64,000 bases of DNA. Origin: Octopus vulgaris (taxonomy: Eukaryota). The stretch spans positions 34,100,001 to 34,164,000 of the forward strand of contig OX597823.1 in the NCBI GenBank assembly GCA_951406725.2, in the 5' to 3' direction. This document shows, piece by piece, positions 1 through 13,399 of the stretch. The notes under the pieces were generated by a model. It made no database searches. It saw only the letters and a program-made list of their open reading frames with translations, and was not told the DNA's origin. The first letter of the stretch is position 1. Each line of letters begins with the position of its first letter. The translations under genes and the position numbers were made by a program.

Positions 1-186
1 ATATATACATATATATATAACAGAGAGAAAATAGCCACAGCTTGGCTCTGCATTCATCCTACATGAAGTACCTTCAGTACATGACTGAAACCAAATAATT
101 AGCATTAACCTATAATTCACTAATGTGAAATAAGAGAATTTTATCAATGACTTCTTTAAAATCTAAAATGTAATTCTTTATTTCAG

Positions 187-325
187 AGATGATTTCCGCA
201 CCATGCGACATTCAATCATAGACATGGTTCTAGCAACCGAAATGACAAAACATTTTGAACATGTCTCCAAATTTAACAACTGCATCAATAAAGTCCTAAC
301 AAAACCTTCGGAAGCTTCACCCACG
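187..325 (+). CDS. PDE8: PDE8-family cAMP phosphodiesterase, internal coding exon (catalytic domain)
   Basis: tttcag acceptor (185-186), GT donor 326-327; translates [46 protein letters not shown], matching the PDE8 motif [16 protein letters not shown]; ends in phase 0. Confidence 0.93.
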
Positions 326-379
326 GTAACTATTATTTATTTTTATTTATTTATTTTGCATACATTTTCTTAGGTAAAG

Positions 380-1580
380 CTTGCAATGAACCTGCTGTTA
401 TGGTCATCTTCTAAATACCAGGTACTCTTGTCTAGTGTCCAACAGCCCTCCATCTCCATTTGGGCCTTGATGGACGGCCTAACTTTACATCCACATCAGT
501 GATAAGGGGCAAGAGAATCCTGAAGAGTCTTGAAGAGTTGACATAAGTCTACTGAGATTCAAACCAGTCAGGTCTAAAACTCTTAAAGAAAGGCAGGGTC
601 AGCAGAAATTCTGGCTTCTTTATTGGAAGCAAATAAATACCCTTCGCCACTGGCTATCCACTGTAGACAAGTCAGGTATACCTGACCGCTCTCCATATAT
701 GAAGTATGAGATCCCAATATCCAACACTACTGTATAAAATCCCTGACACAGGCAGTTTATGATGTTCTGCTAAGCACTTCCAATATTTGTTCTGCTAGGG
801 AAGTTGAATCCCCCAAAAACAGACATTGGAGCACATCTTTAGTGGCTGTCCAAATGCTCTGAGAGAAGGGTGCTGTTGTTGGCCACATGACCAGGTCTTG
901 CAATGGTTAATCTCACAGCAAGCATGATCTGCGATGGCATTAACTATTGCAGGCACCACCACCCAATAAGGAGAACTATCACTGTTGACCTGGCTGGTCT
1001 GAAGGTAAAAGCACCACCAAGTCCACCTCTCTGGGAACTCTCTGAAAGTTGACCAGAAGAAGCATCCAAAGTCCCTGAAAACTGTTGCTTCAACATTGTT
1101 AAGGCCAAATGTGGGACTGGTCTCAGAAATGGTAAAGAAGATGGTTCTGTTTGAATGCTCCCCATAGCCTGGAAGGATTGCACTGGGGAGGCAAATGAGA
1201 GGAAGAGAATGAAATAAGCTGAACTCATGGAGTTATGCTGATACAGGGAGTAGCAAGCGAGTTGTGAATCTCCTGAAGTATATACAGTGGGTTCACAGGT
1301 CAGTTCCTCTGCTGAGACTGCATGCTGAACAGCAGAAAGGCCAGGAATGCAGAAGGCTATCGAGTTAGTCATAGAAGCTATGGATCAGAAAGTCTCATCC
1401 CTGGAATGGTTTCTGCCTGCTGAGTTCATTAGACACCAACTGGAGTTTTATCAACCCAGATGGGTCATATTGTCTGATTTTGTTGAGATACTCAACCACC
1501 ATAACAAGCATAAATGATGATGCATCCAGGAGCATCATAAGATGCTGTATGAAAACCTGGGTATGATGAGATGGTTGGTA
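380..1580 (+). mobile_element. Degraded RLE-type non-LTR retrotransposon, HERO-like 3' part
   Basis: interrupted translations QAVYDVL, TLEHIFSGCPNALREG..WPHDQVL (zinc-knuckle/RHD region) and AWKDCTGEANERKRMK*AELMELC (restriction-like endonuclease); many stops and frameshifts. Confidence 0.7.
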
Positions 1581-1690
1581 TGTAACAATACAAGTTTACA
1601 CAATGTTATCTAATAAATTATGTAATGGATTCATATTTTAATTAAACCACACAACTGTATATATATGTGTGTGTATATATATATATATAT

Positions 1691-2085
1691 CATCATCATC
1701 ATCATCATCATCGTGTGTATGGGTTGGATTCATGGGGTCTGGGATGCATCAGATGTGGCAGTGTTTCTACAGCTATATATGTAGTGGGTGATTTTATGTG
1801 CCACCGACACAGGTGCCAGACGAGGCTGGCAGACGGCCACCTCGGATGGTGTTTTTTATGTGCCACCGACACAGGTGCCAGACGAGGCTGGCAGCGGCCA
1901 CGCTCGGATGGTGTTTTCTTATGTGTCACCGACACGGTGCCAGACGAGGCTGGCGGACGGCCCGCTCGGATGGTGTTTGTTCGTGCCCTCAGCACGGAGG
2001 CCAGTCATTGCGGTACTGGCTATCACGTTCGGATGGTTTTCTTATGTGCCACCGCACTATACAAATTCCATTGATGTTCATCTAT
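1691..2085 (-). mobile_element. RTE LINE 3' UTR copy with ~5 tandem ~62-bp units and (GAT)n tail
   Basis: reverse complement of 63600-63966; (CAT)n at 1691-1712; repeated gtgccaccgacacaggtgccagacgaggctggc. Confidence 0.85.
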
Positions 2086-2136
2086 TTTGATTTGGTTCGA
2101 TTTGATTCGATACGATTCGATTATATATAATATATA

Positions 2137-2182
<46 letters not shown>

Positions 2183-2283
2183 CCGTTTGATCCACTCAGC
2201 CATAGCAGTGCCAAGATGCACATAAACAAATACATTCACATACATATGTATATGTGTGTGTGTGTGTACGTGCATGTACATGC

Positions 2284-2680
2284 TGGTGTGGCTGTGTGGT
2301 AAGAAGTTTGCTTTCCAACCACACAGTTCTGGGTTCAATCCCACTGTATGGCACCTTGAGCAGGTGTCTTCTACTACAGCCTGAGCCGACCAAAGCCTTG
2401 TGAGCAGATTTGGCTGATGGAAACTGAAAGAAGCCCATTTAGACATATGTATATATTTATCTGAGTGTGCCTCTGTGTTTGTGTTTGTCCCTCAGCTCTG
2501 CTTGACAACCAGTGTTGGTTTGTTTATGTCTCCATGACTTAGCAGTTCAGCTAAATAGTGACCAATAAAATAAGTTGCAGACTTTAAAACAAAGAATGTA
2601 TTGGGTTTGATTTATTTCTCTTAAACCCTTTTAGCCAGTGCCCCAGCATGGCCACAGTCAAATGACTGAAACAAGTAAAT
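2284..2680 (+). mobile_element. tRNA-derived SINE, family A (GTGGCTGTGTGGTAAG head; probably one of the octopus OK/OR SINE families)
   Basis: A box tggctgtgtggt, B box ggttcaatccc, body caccttgagcaggtgtcttctacta..gaaactgaaagaagccc, internal TA/TG microsatellite; >10 copies in window. Confidence 0.85.
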
Positions 2681-3565
2681 ACACACACACACACACACAC
2701 ACATACAAACACACACATAGATGAACAATAAAATTCATTTGACTTGGGCTTTGTGTTTTCTGGGAGTTTTGTCATTGTTTTTTTTCCTACCTGATGGCTT
2801 ATACTTGTTGAATAAACTGTGAAGTGAAACTTAAAGTCTCAGTCTAACTAATTTTATTATAAACCTGACTCTATAGTATTGGGTCTCATCTTAAGTAAAT
2901 GTTGTGTTCCTATTCTTAAACTTGCTTTAAAACAATAAATTTAACTTTGTGTGAGTAACTATAAACCTGTCGATGTATTCTATATATTTGTCTGTATGTG
3001 TGTGTATCTATGAGTATGGCTCTATATATACCAGACCTGTATCTATTTTTATGCATGTGTATGTGTGTGTATATGACTTACATATGTGACAGCTATTAAG
3101 CCCATCTTAATTAACATAAATATGAGAATCTGTAACTAACAAAGCAATGTTGTTAATTAATCTAATCAAAGATAATGAGTTGAGTCTTAAAGAGATAAGT
3201 GATGGTCTGTGTGATCTAGTGTCTGCTATTTAAAAATATCAGTTTGTTTAATTACCTGGGTTAATCAGTATATTTAATTACTCACTAATATTAATTTAGG
3301 CATGGTCCTCTAATATCTGCTAAATCAATGTTTAATTGTCTTCATTCTTTTTAATTAATTTAATTGGTGGACCAAAATACATTTAAAGCTGTCTATATAT
3401 ATACATCTTACCATCTTCTCTAGCTTTTCCTCACTCCTCTCTCTCTATCTCTCTCTCCCTCTACATATACGGGACATAGGGGGAAAATTTATAGGAGAGC
3501 ATTTTGCATGCTATATATATATCAATCAGAAGATGGAGAAGATGACAATGAGGATATATGCATAT

Positions 3566-3900
3566 ATCATCATCATCATTGTCATCATCTTCATCATCAT
3601 CATCATTTGACATTTGTCTTCCATGCTGAAATGGCTTGGACAGTTTGACAGGATCCAATATCTGCTTTGGCATGGTTCCTACGGCTGGAAGCTCTTCAGA
3701 ACACCAACGACTTCACTTAGCATATCGGATGCTTTTATCGTAATCCCAGCTCTGCTGAGGCCTACAAGTAACTCGCAAGACAAAGAAAAAAACTTTTTGA
3801 ATGAGTGGAGCTCTTGAGGGGAAGGCAACTTGATGCCAAAATATGAGACATTAAAATTCAACGGGCACAGGTGTCTTGCTACAGAGGGGCTGTGTCAGTA
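3566..3900 (-). mobile_element. Diverged RTE-tail-bearing repeat
   Basis: (CAT)n followed by tttgacatttgtcttccatgctg and gttcctacggctggaagctcttc, similar to the RTE 3' terminus. Confidence 0.55.
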
Positions 3901-4134
3901 CCCTGCCTTATATAAGAGTGAGTGAGAGTAGTTAGAATGAAGAGAATAACCAGGAATGTTACAATTCCCCTTTCATCACAATTTTAGTTTAAGAAATCTA
4001 ATTACTAAACGATTTCTACTGACACTATTATTGCCATTTGTTTCTCTTTCTTCGTGACTTCTGGTATTCACATTGCTCAATAATTGTAAACAAACCTCTC
4101 CATCACACACATGCATATAATATTTTCATTCTGT

Positions 4135-4510
4135 GGAGGTGCAATGGCCCAGTGGTTAGGGCAGCGGACTCCTAGTTGTAGGAGCGTGGTTTCAATTCCC
4201 AGACCAGGCATTGTGAGTGTTTATTGAACGAAAACACCTAAATCTCCACTAGGCTCCAGTAGGATGTGGTGCACCCTGCTGTACTCTTTCACCGCAACTT
4301 TCTTTCACTCTTTCTTCCTGTTTCTGTTGTACCTGTATTTCAAAGGGACAGCCTTGTTACACTCTGTGTCGCCCTGAATCTCCCTGAGAACTCTGTTATG
4401 GGTACACGTGTCTGTGGAGTGCTCAGCCACTTGCATGTTAATTTCATGAGCAGGCTGTTCCATTGATCAGATCAACTGGAACCCTCGTCGTCGTAACCAA
4501 CAGACGCCAT
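4135..4510 (+). mobile_element. tRNA-derived SINE, family C (GGAGGTGCAATGGCCCAGTGGTTAGGGCAGCGGACTC head)
   Basis: A/B boxes tggcccagtgg / gtttcaattccc; related head on the minus strand at 35085-35392. Confidence 0.8.
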
Positions 4511-4514
4511 GATT

Positions 4515-4725
4515 TTCATTCTGTTCAAGTCAATCTCTTGTCACTCTGAAGTTTTACCTGGGTGCTCATAGAATCATCAGGCAAGTTGTAACTTATCTGA
4601 TGACCCTACAGGCATGCAAATAGAACTGCTGAGTAGCAAGAGACTGACTTGAACCAAATAAAATATTATTAATCTCTATTATGGTACTGAGTACTCTATC
4701 TTTTCCTAAAGTCAACTCTAAATGG
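4515..4725 (+). repeat. Dispersed repeat containing a decayed hammerhead-like motif (same family as 29300-29510)
   Basis: shared segments gagtagcaag.gactgacttga and aaataaaatattatta..ctctattatggta; ctgatga core at 4597. Confidence 0.6.
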
Positions 4726-4734
4726 ATTTGTGGT

Positions 4735-5010
4735 AGTGAGTTCAATTTCTAGACCAGGCTGTGTGTTGTGTTCTTGAGCAAGACACTTTATTTGACGTTG
4801 CTCCAATTCACTCAACTGTAGAAATGAGTTGTGATGTCAGTGGTGTCAAGCTGTATTGGCCTTTGCCTTTCAGTGGCATGGAGAAGGAGGCTGGTATGCA
4901 TGGGTGACTGCTGGTCTTCCATAAACAACCTTGCTTGTACTTGTGACTCAGAGGAGGAATTTCTGAGTGCAATCCCATGTTCATTCATGACCGAAGGGGG
5001 CCTTTATAAT
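4735..5010 (+). mobile_element. 5'-truncated tRNA-derived SINE (family C-related)
   Basis: gttcaatttctagaccagg..tgtgttcttgagcaagacacttta; similar segments at 37985-38130 and 38845-39140. Confidence 0.65.
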
Positions 5011-5435
5011 ATAAGTGTATAGGGATAAAATTATCCAGGCGGGCACCATGCTAGCTCTCAGGTATATTCCAGGTTATGGCTAACTGCATCAAGTAGTACC
5101 AAGTGTCACTGATCGCTAAGTATTTGAAATCTCACTATGCTGATTATGCTGGGTTGCAAGTGCAAACTGCACACATGCTGTGCAGCAGAAACACATGTCA
5201 ATCATTGCAACCAAATAATTGTGCTGCACAACCAACTTTAAATTAAAAGGAAAAAAATTTGATGATGTACCTGTCTCCATATTCTTTATAACTATTTGAA
5301 ATATATATATATAGTTGAATTAGGTACTTGAGGTAATATGATTAACATTTTTCTAGGAAGGATGCATATAGAATAGTGTATTCTGTATGCATCCTTCCAA
5401 AAAAAATGTTAGCTTTAGTTCTATAAGCTTATAAT

Positions 5436-5548
5436 AACCCTGAAGGAGTTCTGCCCCATTTAGTTAAAAATTATACCATTCTTAGCATATAACCAAATAC
5501 TTAGAATTGCATATCAACTAGGGGACAGAACTGAAACATATGTAGGTT
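5436..5548 (+). ncRNA. Type-I minimal hammerhead-ribozyme-like motif (Penelope type, A9G core change)
   Basis: stem I AACC/GGTT, core CTGAAGG, stem II AGTTCTG../..CAGAACT, GAAAC-ATAT-GTA with palindromic stem III ACATATGT. Confidence 0.55.
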
Positions 5549-5933
5549 TTTTGCATCTCCCATTTTCTTTTTCAGCTTTACAACTTATAATTTATTTGTA
5601 TTGTTATTTTTTTTTTTATTTCAACATCTTTATTATTCATACATCCATCTTTCTCCCTTTTCTTTCTTTCAATATTAATATGTATTACTACAATAATCCC
5701 TAACATATCGCAGAGACTTTCTCCTCATATGAGAGTGATTAACCAGTGGAATTGTTTGGGATTATATAATCCCTAATGCGGATCTAACATCCACAAACTG
5801 ACTATATATGTGTGTACGTGTGTGTGTGTGTGTGTGTGTGGTATATCCTTTTCAAAGTTAGCCAAAGCAGGGTTTGGGTGTGGATTTTTGTGAATAAAAA
5901 GGATTCTTACAATCTCTCTCTCTCTCTCTCTCT

Positions 5934-5978
<45 letters not shown>

Positions 5979-7304
5979 AGAGAGAGAGAGAGCAAGAGAG
6001 AGAGAAGGGCCAAATAAAAGCAGAAGAATTTGAAGTGTTTTTATTGCAACATCAAGAATTACTTCATCTTACACGTGTTTCACAAGTAAGTTGTCATAAA
6101 AATGCTGAAATAAATTCTCCTATTTTATTCTATTCTCAGATATAAATTCCTTAAATTATTCCAATGTGTGTAACATCAAACGAAAATCTGAAGACAAATA
6201 TCACAAATATCATTCAATTTTCCATTGAAAGTTTGATCTACAATGTTTTAATTTATATAAAGTTCTAAACATTGGTTAATTATTGTGCTTCCTCAATGAA
6301 AACAGCATGTTACCCAATGTTTTGGCCTCAGTAAATGTCTCATCAAACCATACCCTGCAGTTTAACAACAGTCATTGTATCTCAGGATAGGTTAACATGT
6401 GGAGTTTGAGTCTGATCACATTAATAAGAAATGTAGAAAATATAATTGCTATCCTTAGGCTTTATATGTGATAAGTGCATGTATATTAAATGATAATATG
6501 TATATAATATTTATATATATATACACACATTTCTCTCTTTTTACAATTGTGTTCCTCACCATTTCTATTCAATATATAAACTCTCTTACTCTGTCTCCCA
6601 GTCACAGCAGATGAGGCTGAATATCGGTTGTTTTGTATGGCCAGGTAGTTCCAAGGTAGGCAACCATGTGCTCTTCAAGCCAGTTATCTTCTGATGAATG
6701 GCTACACTCTAGCTAAATTCATGTGTTCACAGCTACACTTTCTTACTGTCACACATGCACACATATCTTGAGCAAGCCTCTCACCTGTTGTGTACCAATT
6801 CACACTCACACACTTGCTGTTATATCAAAACTGATGCACACATTTCACGTATTGCACTCAATTGTATGAATGTATGTGATCTCTTTATGTATATGGATGT
6901 GTATGTGTGTGTGTGTGTTAGATGTTAAGCTACATAAGCAACTCAAGGGCCTAAAGTTTTATTTATGGCACATGTCAAAGCTTATAATGCATACACACAA
7001 ATAAATACGTGAGTGCACATGGGAGGGGATGTTTGTATATATCCACAACTGAGTGCATACAATATGTATGCACACACCTAATACTTCTGATTGAGAGCCG
7101 AGTGATGATAAAGAAGATAAGATGCAATGATAATACCAGTGTTTGACTCTGAAACTGCTGAAGAAAGTAGTAGGAGGCATAACTCACTATTTATTGCCTT
7201 TTTTAGTTAATGATGAGTTAGGTCTTTTAAGTTGGCTGAAGAGGTAGTGATGTAGTTATATACTTCCTTTAAAAGTGTTTGTGTGTATCTGTATACATTA
7301 AAAA

Positions 7305-7469
7305 GGAGTGGCTGTGTGGTAAGTAGCTTGCTTACCAACCACATGGTTCTGGGTTCAGTCCCACTGCGTGGCACCTTGGGCAAGAGTCTTCTACTATAAC
7401 CTCAGGTCGACCAAAGCCTTGTGAGTGGATTTGGAAGACAGAAACTGAAAGAAGCCCATCATATATATG

Positions 7470-7542
<73 letters not shown>

Positions 7543-7770
7543 GTATGTGTGTGTGTATATATATTTGTGTGTCTGTATTTGTCCCCACAACATCGCTTGA
7601 CAACCGATGCTGGTGTGGTTACGTCCCCATAACTTAGCGGTTCAGCAAAAGACACCGATAGGATAAGTGCTAGGCTTACAAGGAATAAGTCCTGGCTCAA
7701 TTTGCTCAACTAAAGGCGGTGCTCCAGCATGGCCACAGTCAAATAACTGAAACAAGTAAATGAGTAAAAG
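7305..7770 (+). mobile_element. tRNA-derived SINE family A, full length
   Basis: same head, body and tail as 2284-2680 and 35408-35795. Confidence 0.9.
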
Positions 7771-8949
7771 AATGTACAAAATTAGCATTGGCAAGTTAAA
7801 CTGTTAAAACTTTAATACATCACTTAGATTATACATTGAAGAATGTTGACATGTTAAGTTTGAAAAGGGTAAAATTTAAATTTAAAAAGTTGAAATTAAA
7901 TCATGTAAAGTTATAATGAATGTGTCATAATTGTTTGGGAGGTTTGTTTGGTTAGGTGTTCATGTATATTTCCAGGTTGTCAGAAGGTACTTCATGAAAT
8001 GTCAACATTTATTGAAAATTATTCATCTCACATTTAAATAATCAACAGATTTATTACAGATCATAGTGATGAGAATTCTATTGTAGGTAACTTTTTCATG
8101 GATAATTACTTCAGAAATGCATGACTGGTTTAGAGAACATGATTTTTTTTCCTACACAAACAGTTTATCTCAGTTATTTTAGTAAGTTTACTTGTGATTA
8201 AGATTTTCATATTGATGGTACAACTACAACTTCTTTTTAAGTTATTTCTATTAAATAACTTGGTGGTTAATGTGGGAAATCTTATTTATTAAGTCTAGGA
8301 AACTTTTGCTATATCAGAATTAGCATTTAACAACAAAAGAAGAAGTAAACTTGTTTTCTTGAAAGTGAATAACAGGAAGTTAGAAACGTATTTAATCTAA
8401 TTTTTACGTCCATTAACTTCTACTTCGTTATTATAGTATGGTACAGCTGTCTCAAAGATTTCCTATTGGGATAACAGCTTAGATATTCCTCTTATAATAT
8501 CATTGACTATCTTTGTGAAAACACAGTGAGTGGTTGGAACTATATTAATATAAATACATGTAAGTTTTTCAGTCAGTTGCTTAATATTTATCAGTGATTA
8601 GGTTCAAAGTTAAAATTCACTTTATTCCAGATAATGGTATTGTGCTAATTGTGATTTGCAGACTAAAATTATAGAACATGTTAAATCTGCTTTCTGTTTG
8701 TCTAATGTATAACCATTGGCATGTGATGTGGGACCAACCTGTTACCTCTATAGAGGCCTGTATCTGTGGTTGTCAATTTATCTTAAAGCGGGTCTGGTAT
8801 GTACAGGTCACATGATAATCACAGACAACTCTGATCTATGTAGTAAAGAAGAGAGAGAAACTTACATATTTTAATTTAGTTTCCAGCCATCTACGATCAC
8901 TTTTCAGAAACAGTTCCTAACACACACACACACACACATGCACACACAC

Positions 8950-9170
8950 ATGCTAGCATGGAAGGCAGACATTAAACGATGATGATGATGATGTGTGGTA
9001 AGTAGGCACAGGAGTCACTGTGTGGTAAGTAGCTTGCTTAACAACCACATGGTTCCGGGTTTAGTCCCACTGCATGGCATCATGGGCAAGTGTCTTCTAC
9101 TATATCCTCAGGCCAACCAAAGCCTTGTGAGTGTATTTGGTAGACAGAAACTGAAAGAAGCCCATCGTAT
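8950..9170 (+). mobile_element. RTE 3' tail stub followed by SINE family A 5' half
   Basis: catgctagcatggaaggcagacattaaacgatgatg, then ggcacaggagtcactgtgtggtaagtagc. Confidence 0.75.
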
Positions 9171-9849
9171 GTATGTGTGTGTGTGTGTACACATGTATGT
9201 ATCTATGAAAGCCACAACCTATTAGCAATGCTGTTTTCACCATTTCTCCCGGCAACAAATCACCACTTACTTTGTGCTCTCAAAGACCTGTGAAATAACA
9301 GATCTCTTATTTGAAAAAACAGGTTATGGTTAGCAGGAGAGAAGGTATCTGGTTGTAAAATAATACCTCAATAATATATTCACCTAATCTATGCTAGCAT
9401 TGTAAAAGACACATAGAATGATTGAAGTAGATATATATAATGCAAATAATGATAAGACAAAGAAAATTCTTTGGTACGTCTTTAATGCTTCCTTACAATT
9501 GTTTCTGTACTAACTTTACTTGCAACGCCAGTTTATGCAAAAGTTTAAATTGAAAATTTATGTAATGTTTGTGGTTTTAGACATTAGAGAGGCACTTCAT
9601 CACACTTGCATCCAAGGGTTGCTGTCACATTGTGCATCTTTCAGATGCATGGAGGTTACAGCTTGTCTGAGAATATTCTTTCGTATTCTTAAGAGAAAAG
9701 TAACAGAAAATTTTCTTTCAAACATATTTTGGTGATGCTTGTTACCTCATCAGAGAAGATGCATTCTTCAGTCTTCAGCTGCCCAGTCAACTAGTAACTG
9801 AAATTATTATATAAAAGAATAATTTATCAAGTAAGTATTGTGTCTCGGC

Positions 9850-10075
9850 CAAGGTTACCCCGTTACTGTGACATTTAAGTGACTGAGATCAGAGCATTTC
9901 CCCTGGATGAGAAGCCAGTCCCTTGCTGGATCACTCATTCACAGGTGAATGAACTGGTGCAACATGAAATGAAGTGTTTTATTCAAGAGCACAACACATC
10001 ACCTCATCTGAGAATTGAAACCCTGATCTTGTGATTGCGAATGCCACAGTCAAACCATCAGGTTATGTGCTTTTA
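9850..10075 (-). mobile_element. Diverged tRNA-derived SINE
   Basis: gaaatgaagtgttttattcaagagcacaacac..gaattgaaaccctgatctt; related to 39580-39830. Confidence 0.6.
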
Positions 10076-10313
10076 CATGGTTTATTAACTGTATCGGTAT
10101 TTTGTTAGTATGTATTTTATTCAAACTGATACACCTGAAATATGTAGACAAACAGGAGTTGAGTGGGTTTCGAATATTTCAAACATCTGTAAATTTATTC
10201 ACCATTAGACATATTTTAGTTGTTCAGATTCACATCGTATATATATACGTGTGTGTGTATGCACTCTCACACATACATACATATATATATACATATATAT
10301 ATGCATATATATA

Positions 10314-10741
10314 CCATAAATCCTGGAGTATAATCCGCATTTTTTTTCCCAAAATTTAAAGGTCAAAATCCCTAGTGTCTACTATATACGAGGTTAAAAA
10401 TGAGAATTATTTTCTAATTAATGTCCAAGTCTCTGTTTGCTGTCCGGCAATGTTTATTCAGATGCATCTTGTGATGCCAGGCGCAAAAGTACCTTAAGCT
10501 AAGCATGAAAGCAATGACGTCATAAAAGAATCATCCATAACTTGCAGTAAGCAACATTTATTAAATGTTATTACTGTTATTTCTTTATTTTCTGAAAACA
10601 AAATGCACAAAAAGGCTACACATTTGCATTATGTTATGTGTACAATAATAATAAAGGACGTTACCATATACATTTTTACAAACCAAGGACGTTATATAGA
10701 CCTCCTTGACTCAAGGGCAGACTATACTCGAGGATTTATGG
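10314..10741. mobile_element. Tc1/mariner-superfamily MITE
   Basis: TIRs CCATAAATCCTGGAGTATA / TATACTCGAGGATTTATGG flanked by TA target duplication. Confidence 0.8.
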
Positions 10742-10908
10742 TACATATATTCTATAATTATAAGCATAATTATAATTAGGGGTCAGCTAGTTGCTTCACC
10801 ACATACTGAATTTAGAAATTTACTTTCCTTTCCAGAGCGCCCAATAACACAGTACTTGTACCACGACCTCGCATTGTTGCTATTTCTTGTTTGTTCTTGT
10901 TTGGATTG

Positions 10909-10959
<51 letters not shown>

Positions 10960-11326
10960 TCAGTCTAATGTTAAGTGTTTTTTTCCCTTTTCTAAATTGA
11001 TAAACAGTTGTGTGTGTGTGTATGTGTGTGTATACACTGTTATATTTACACATGTATGGCCACATGGTGCAATCAATATAATTCTGCACCTACCAAATGC
11101 ATGTATTTACTCACTTTTTTATACACTCTCTTACTATACTCATACTTATGGATACGGATACACACACATACACACACCCGCACACACGCTCTATCACACT
11201 GTGTTGCTACACCCACTTGATCTGTTTGAAGTACTCATCCATGCAATCTCGCTTCCACCCACAGACAAATTCATAAAACTAAATATACTCTCCAACCAAT
11301 AGACCAAGCACACAATACATGTAAAA

Positions 11327-11395
<69 letters not shown>

Positions 11396-11552
11396 CCAAT
11401 CCCATCCACCCTGCCATAAGTGCAGGAATGAAATTTGCTTCAGGGTTGCAAACTCAGGTCCAACATTTTTTAGAAACAAGGTCGATTTTTCAATCTTAAG
11501 ATTGAAACAGTCACAGGTTTAATAATCATTATTATTGTTGTTGTTGTTGTTG

Positions 11553-11610
<58 letters not shown>

Positions 11611-12369
11611 CATTGTATTTGTGCATCCATCAAATCGAACAAATCCAATAATGGAAGATTAATGTTTCAAATCAGTCCAAAAATGTTCCTATGCTCTTTT
11701 ATTTTGGCAATGAAGTTTTTTCAGGAGGACGTTCAAAGGATTTTCATTGCTCACACACACACACACACACATCCAAATTTTACAGGGTGCACTTGCATCC
11801 TCTGCACCTCTTGTTCCTGAGCCTATGCAACCATCCCCCCCCACACACACACACAATATAAACATTACCTACTTATATGACTTTTTTGCTGTTTTTGTTG
11901 TTGTTGCTGTTATTGTTGCTGTTGTTGAGGTTGTTTTGTTACTGTTGCTGTTCATAACTGTTGTTGTTGTCTCTTGTTGTTATATTGTTGTTGTCGCCAT
12001 TGTTGTTGCTGATATTGCTGTCCTTATTTTTGTACTGTTCATGTTCTTGTTATTGTTGTCGAGTCTGTTGTTGTTGTTGTTGTCGAGTCTGTTGTTGTTG
12101 TTGTTGTCATTATACGTATATTCTTACATATTTTTTTTCTTAACATAGGGCCATTTAGTAATGAGTATAATGAGGAATTCTGTTAGAAAGTAGGTGTGCA
12201 CCAAGGTTCAGCCCTCAGCCTCCATTTGTTCCGTAAAGTCCTGCAAGCCATAACAGATGAGGTTTACCCCTTTAACTGTGGAATTAAATTTCCTGTTTAT
12301 TCTTGTAATAATGCTAAATATCTACCAAAGAATAGAATTGGTATTTTCTACAAGTCACTTTTATGTCTT

Positions 12370-12595
12370 TATTGTCCACAGGAGGCTAAACATAGAGGGG
12401 ACAAAAAAGAACAGACAAAGTGATTAAGTCGATTACATCGACCCCAGTACATGACTGGTACTTATTTAATCGACCCGGAAAGGATGAAAAGCAAAGTCGA
12501 CTTCGGCAGAATTTGAACTCAGAGCATAACGGCAGACGAAATACCGCTTAGCATTTTCCCCAGCATGCAAATATTTCTGCCAGCTCACTGCCTTT
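12370..12595 (-). mobile_element. tRNA-derived CORE-like SINE, family B
   Basis: reverse complement of ggcagtgagctggcagaa..atgctaagcggtatttcgtc..gagttcaaattctgccgaagtcgactttgc..aagtaccag. Confidence 0.85.
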
Positions 12596-13399
12596 TTGCA
12601 AGTCACATTGCCTCAAGAAACCTGATATATCTCAATAAGAAATAGTTTCAAATGTGATATATTTGAACAAAAGATAGATTGATATATAAAACTGCTGTTA
12701 AGCGTAATTAAACTTTGAGTGAATGTATCTGATTTCTGCAGTAAAACGGTGAATAATGGTGACTCGTAAGCACTCCTTTGTGCTAATGACCTAGATTTTC
12801 TGAACCTGCTGTAGAATTAGAAAAGGAATTCCACATATGGAAACATGCCTTAGAATTGAAGCCCCTAATTTAAGAAGGAAAGAAGACAAGACTCTGCTGC
12901 TGCTAACATGGAAATAGTCATGCTTGGCATGCAGATAAAGAGTAGATAAGAATTCTGTATGATACATCCTATGTAAACAATGCTTACACAAGAAGTATAG
13001 TGGAACCACAGACAAGCGAATAGGAAAGGCATACTTCATGTCTCAGGTGTATAGGGACAGTAAGTACCAAGAACATATGTGAAATAGATTCCCTACAATG
13101 CCCAGACTGCTCTCAAGAAGTTGACAGCCTCTGTTACCTTAAGGACCTAATCGACTGTGAAAAAGAGTGTTCTGAAAGAATGGTCGGCAGGGTTCAAACC
13201 AGCTGGAAAGAGTTCAAAGAGCTGTTACCACTGGTGGCAGGGAAGAACTTTGCCTTCAAAGAGAAGGACCAATTGTATGATGCTCGTTAGTGAAGCATGA
13301 TGCTGCATAACAGTGAACTAGGACCCTAAAATGTAGAGGATTTGAAATATACACAAAGCAAGGCAGCAAGTATTTGATATTGGATATGTAAAAGTACTA

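Noticed and set aside
944-1372. 142-aa minus-strand ORF
   Set aside because: Antisense to the degraded HERO-like element
4135-4210. tRNA-like sequences with A and B boxes
   Set aside because: They continue into SINE bodies and lack a complete cloverleaf; they are SINE heads, not tRNA genes
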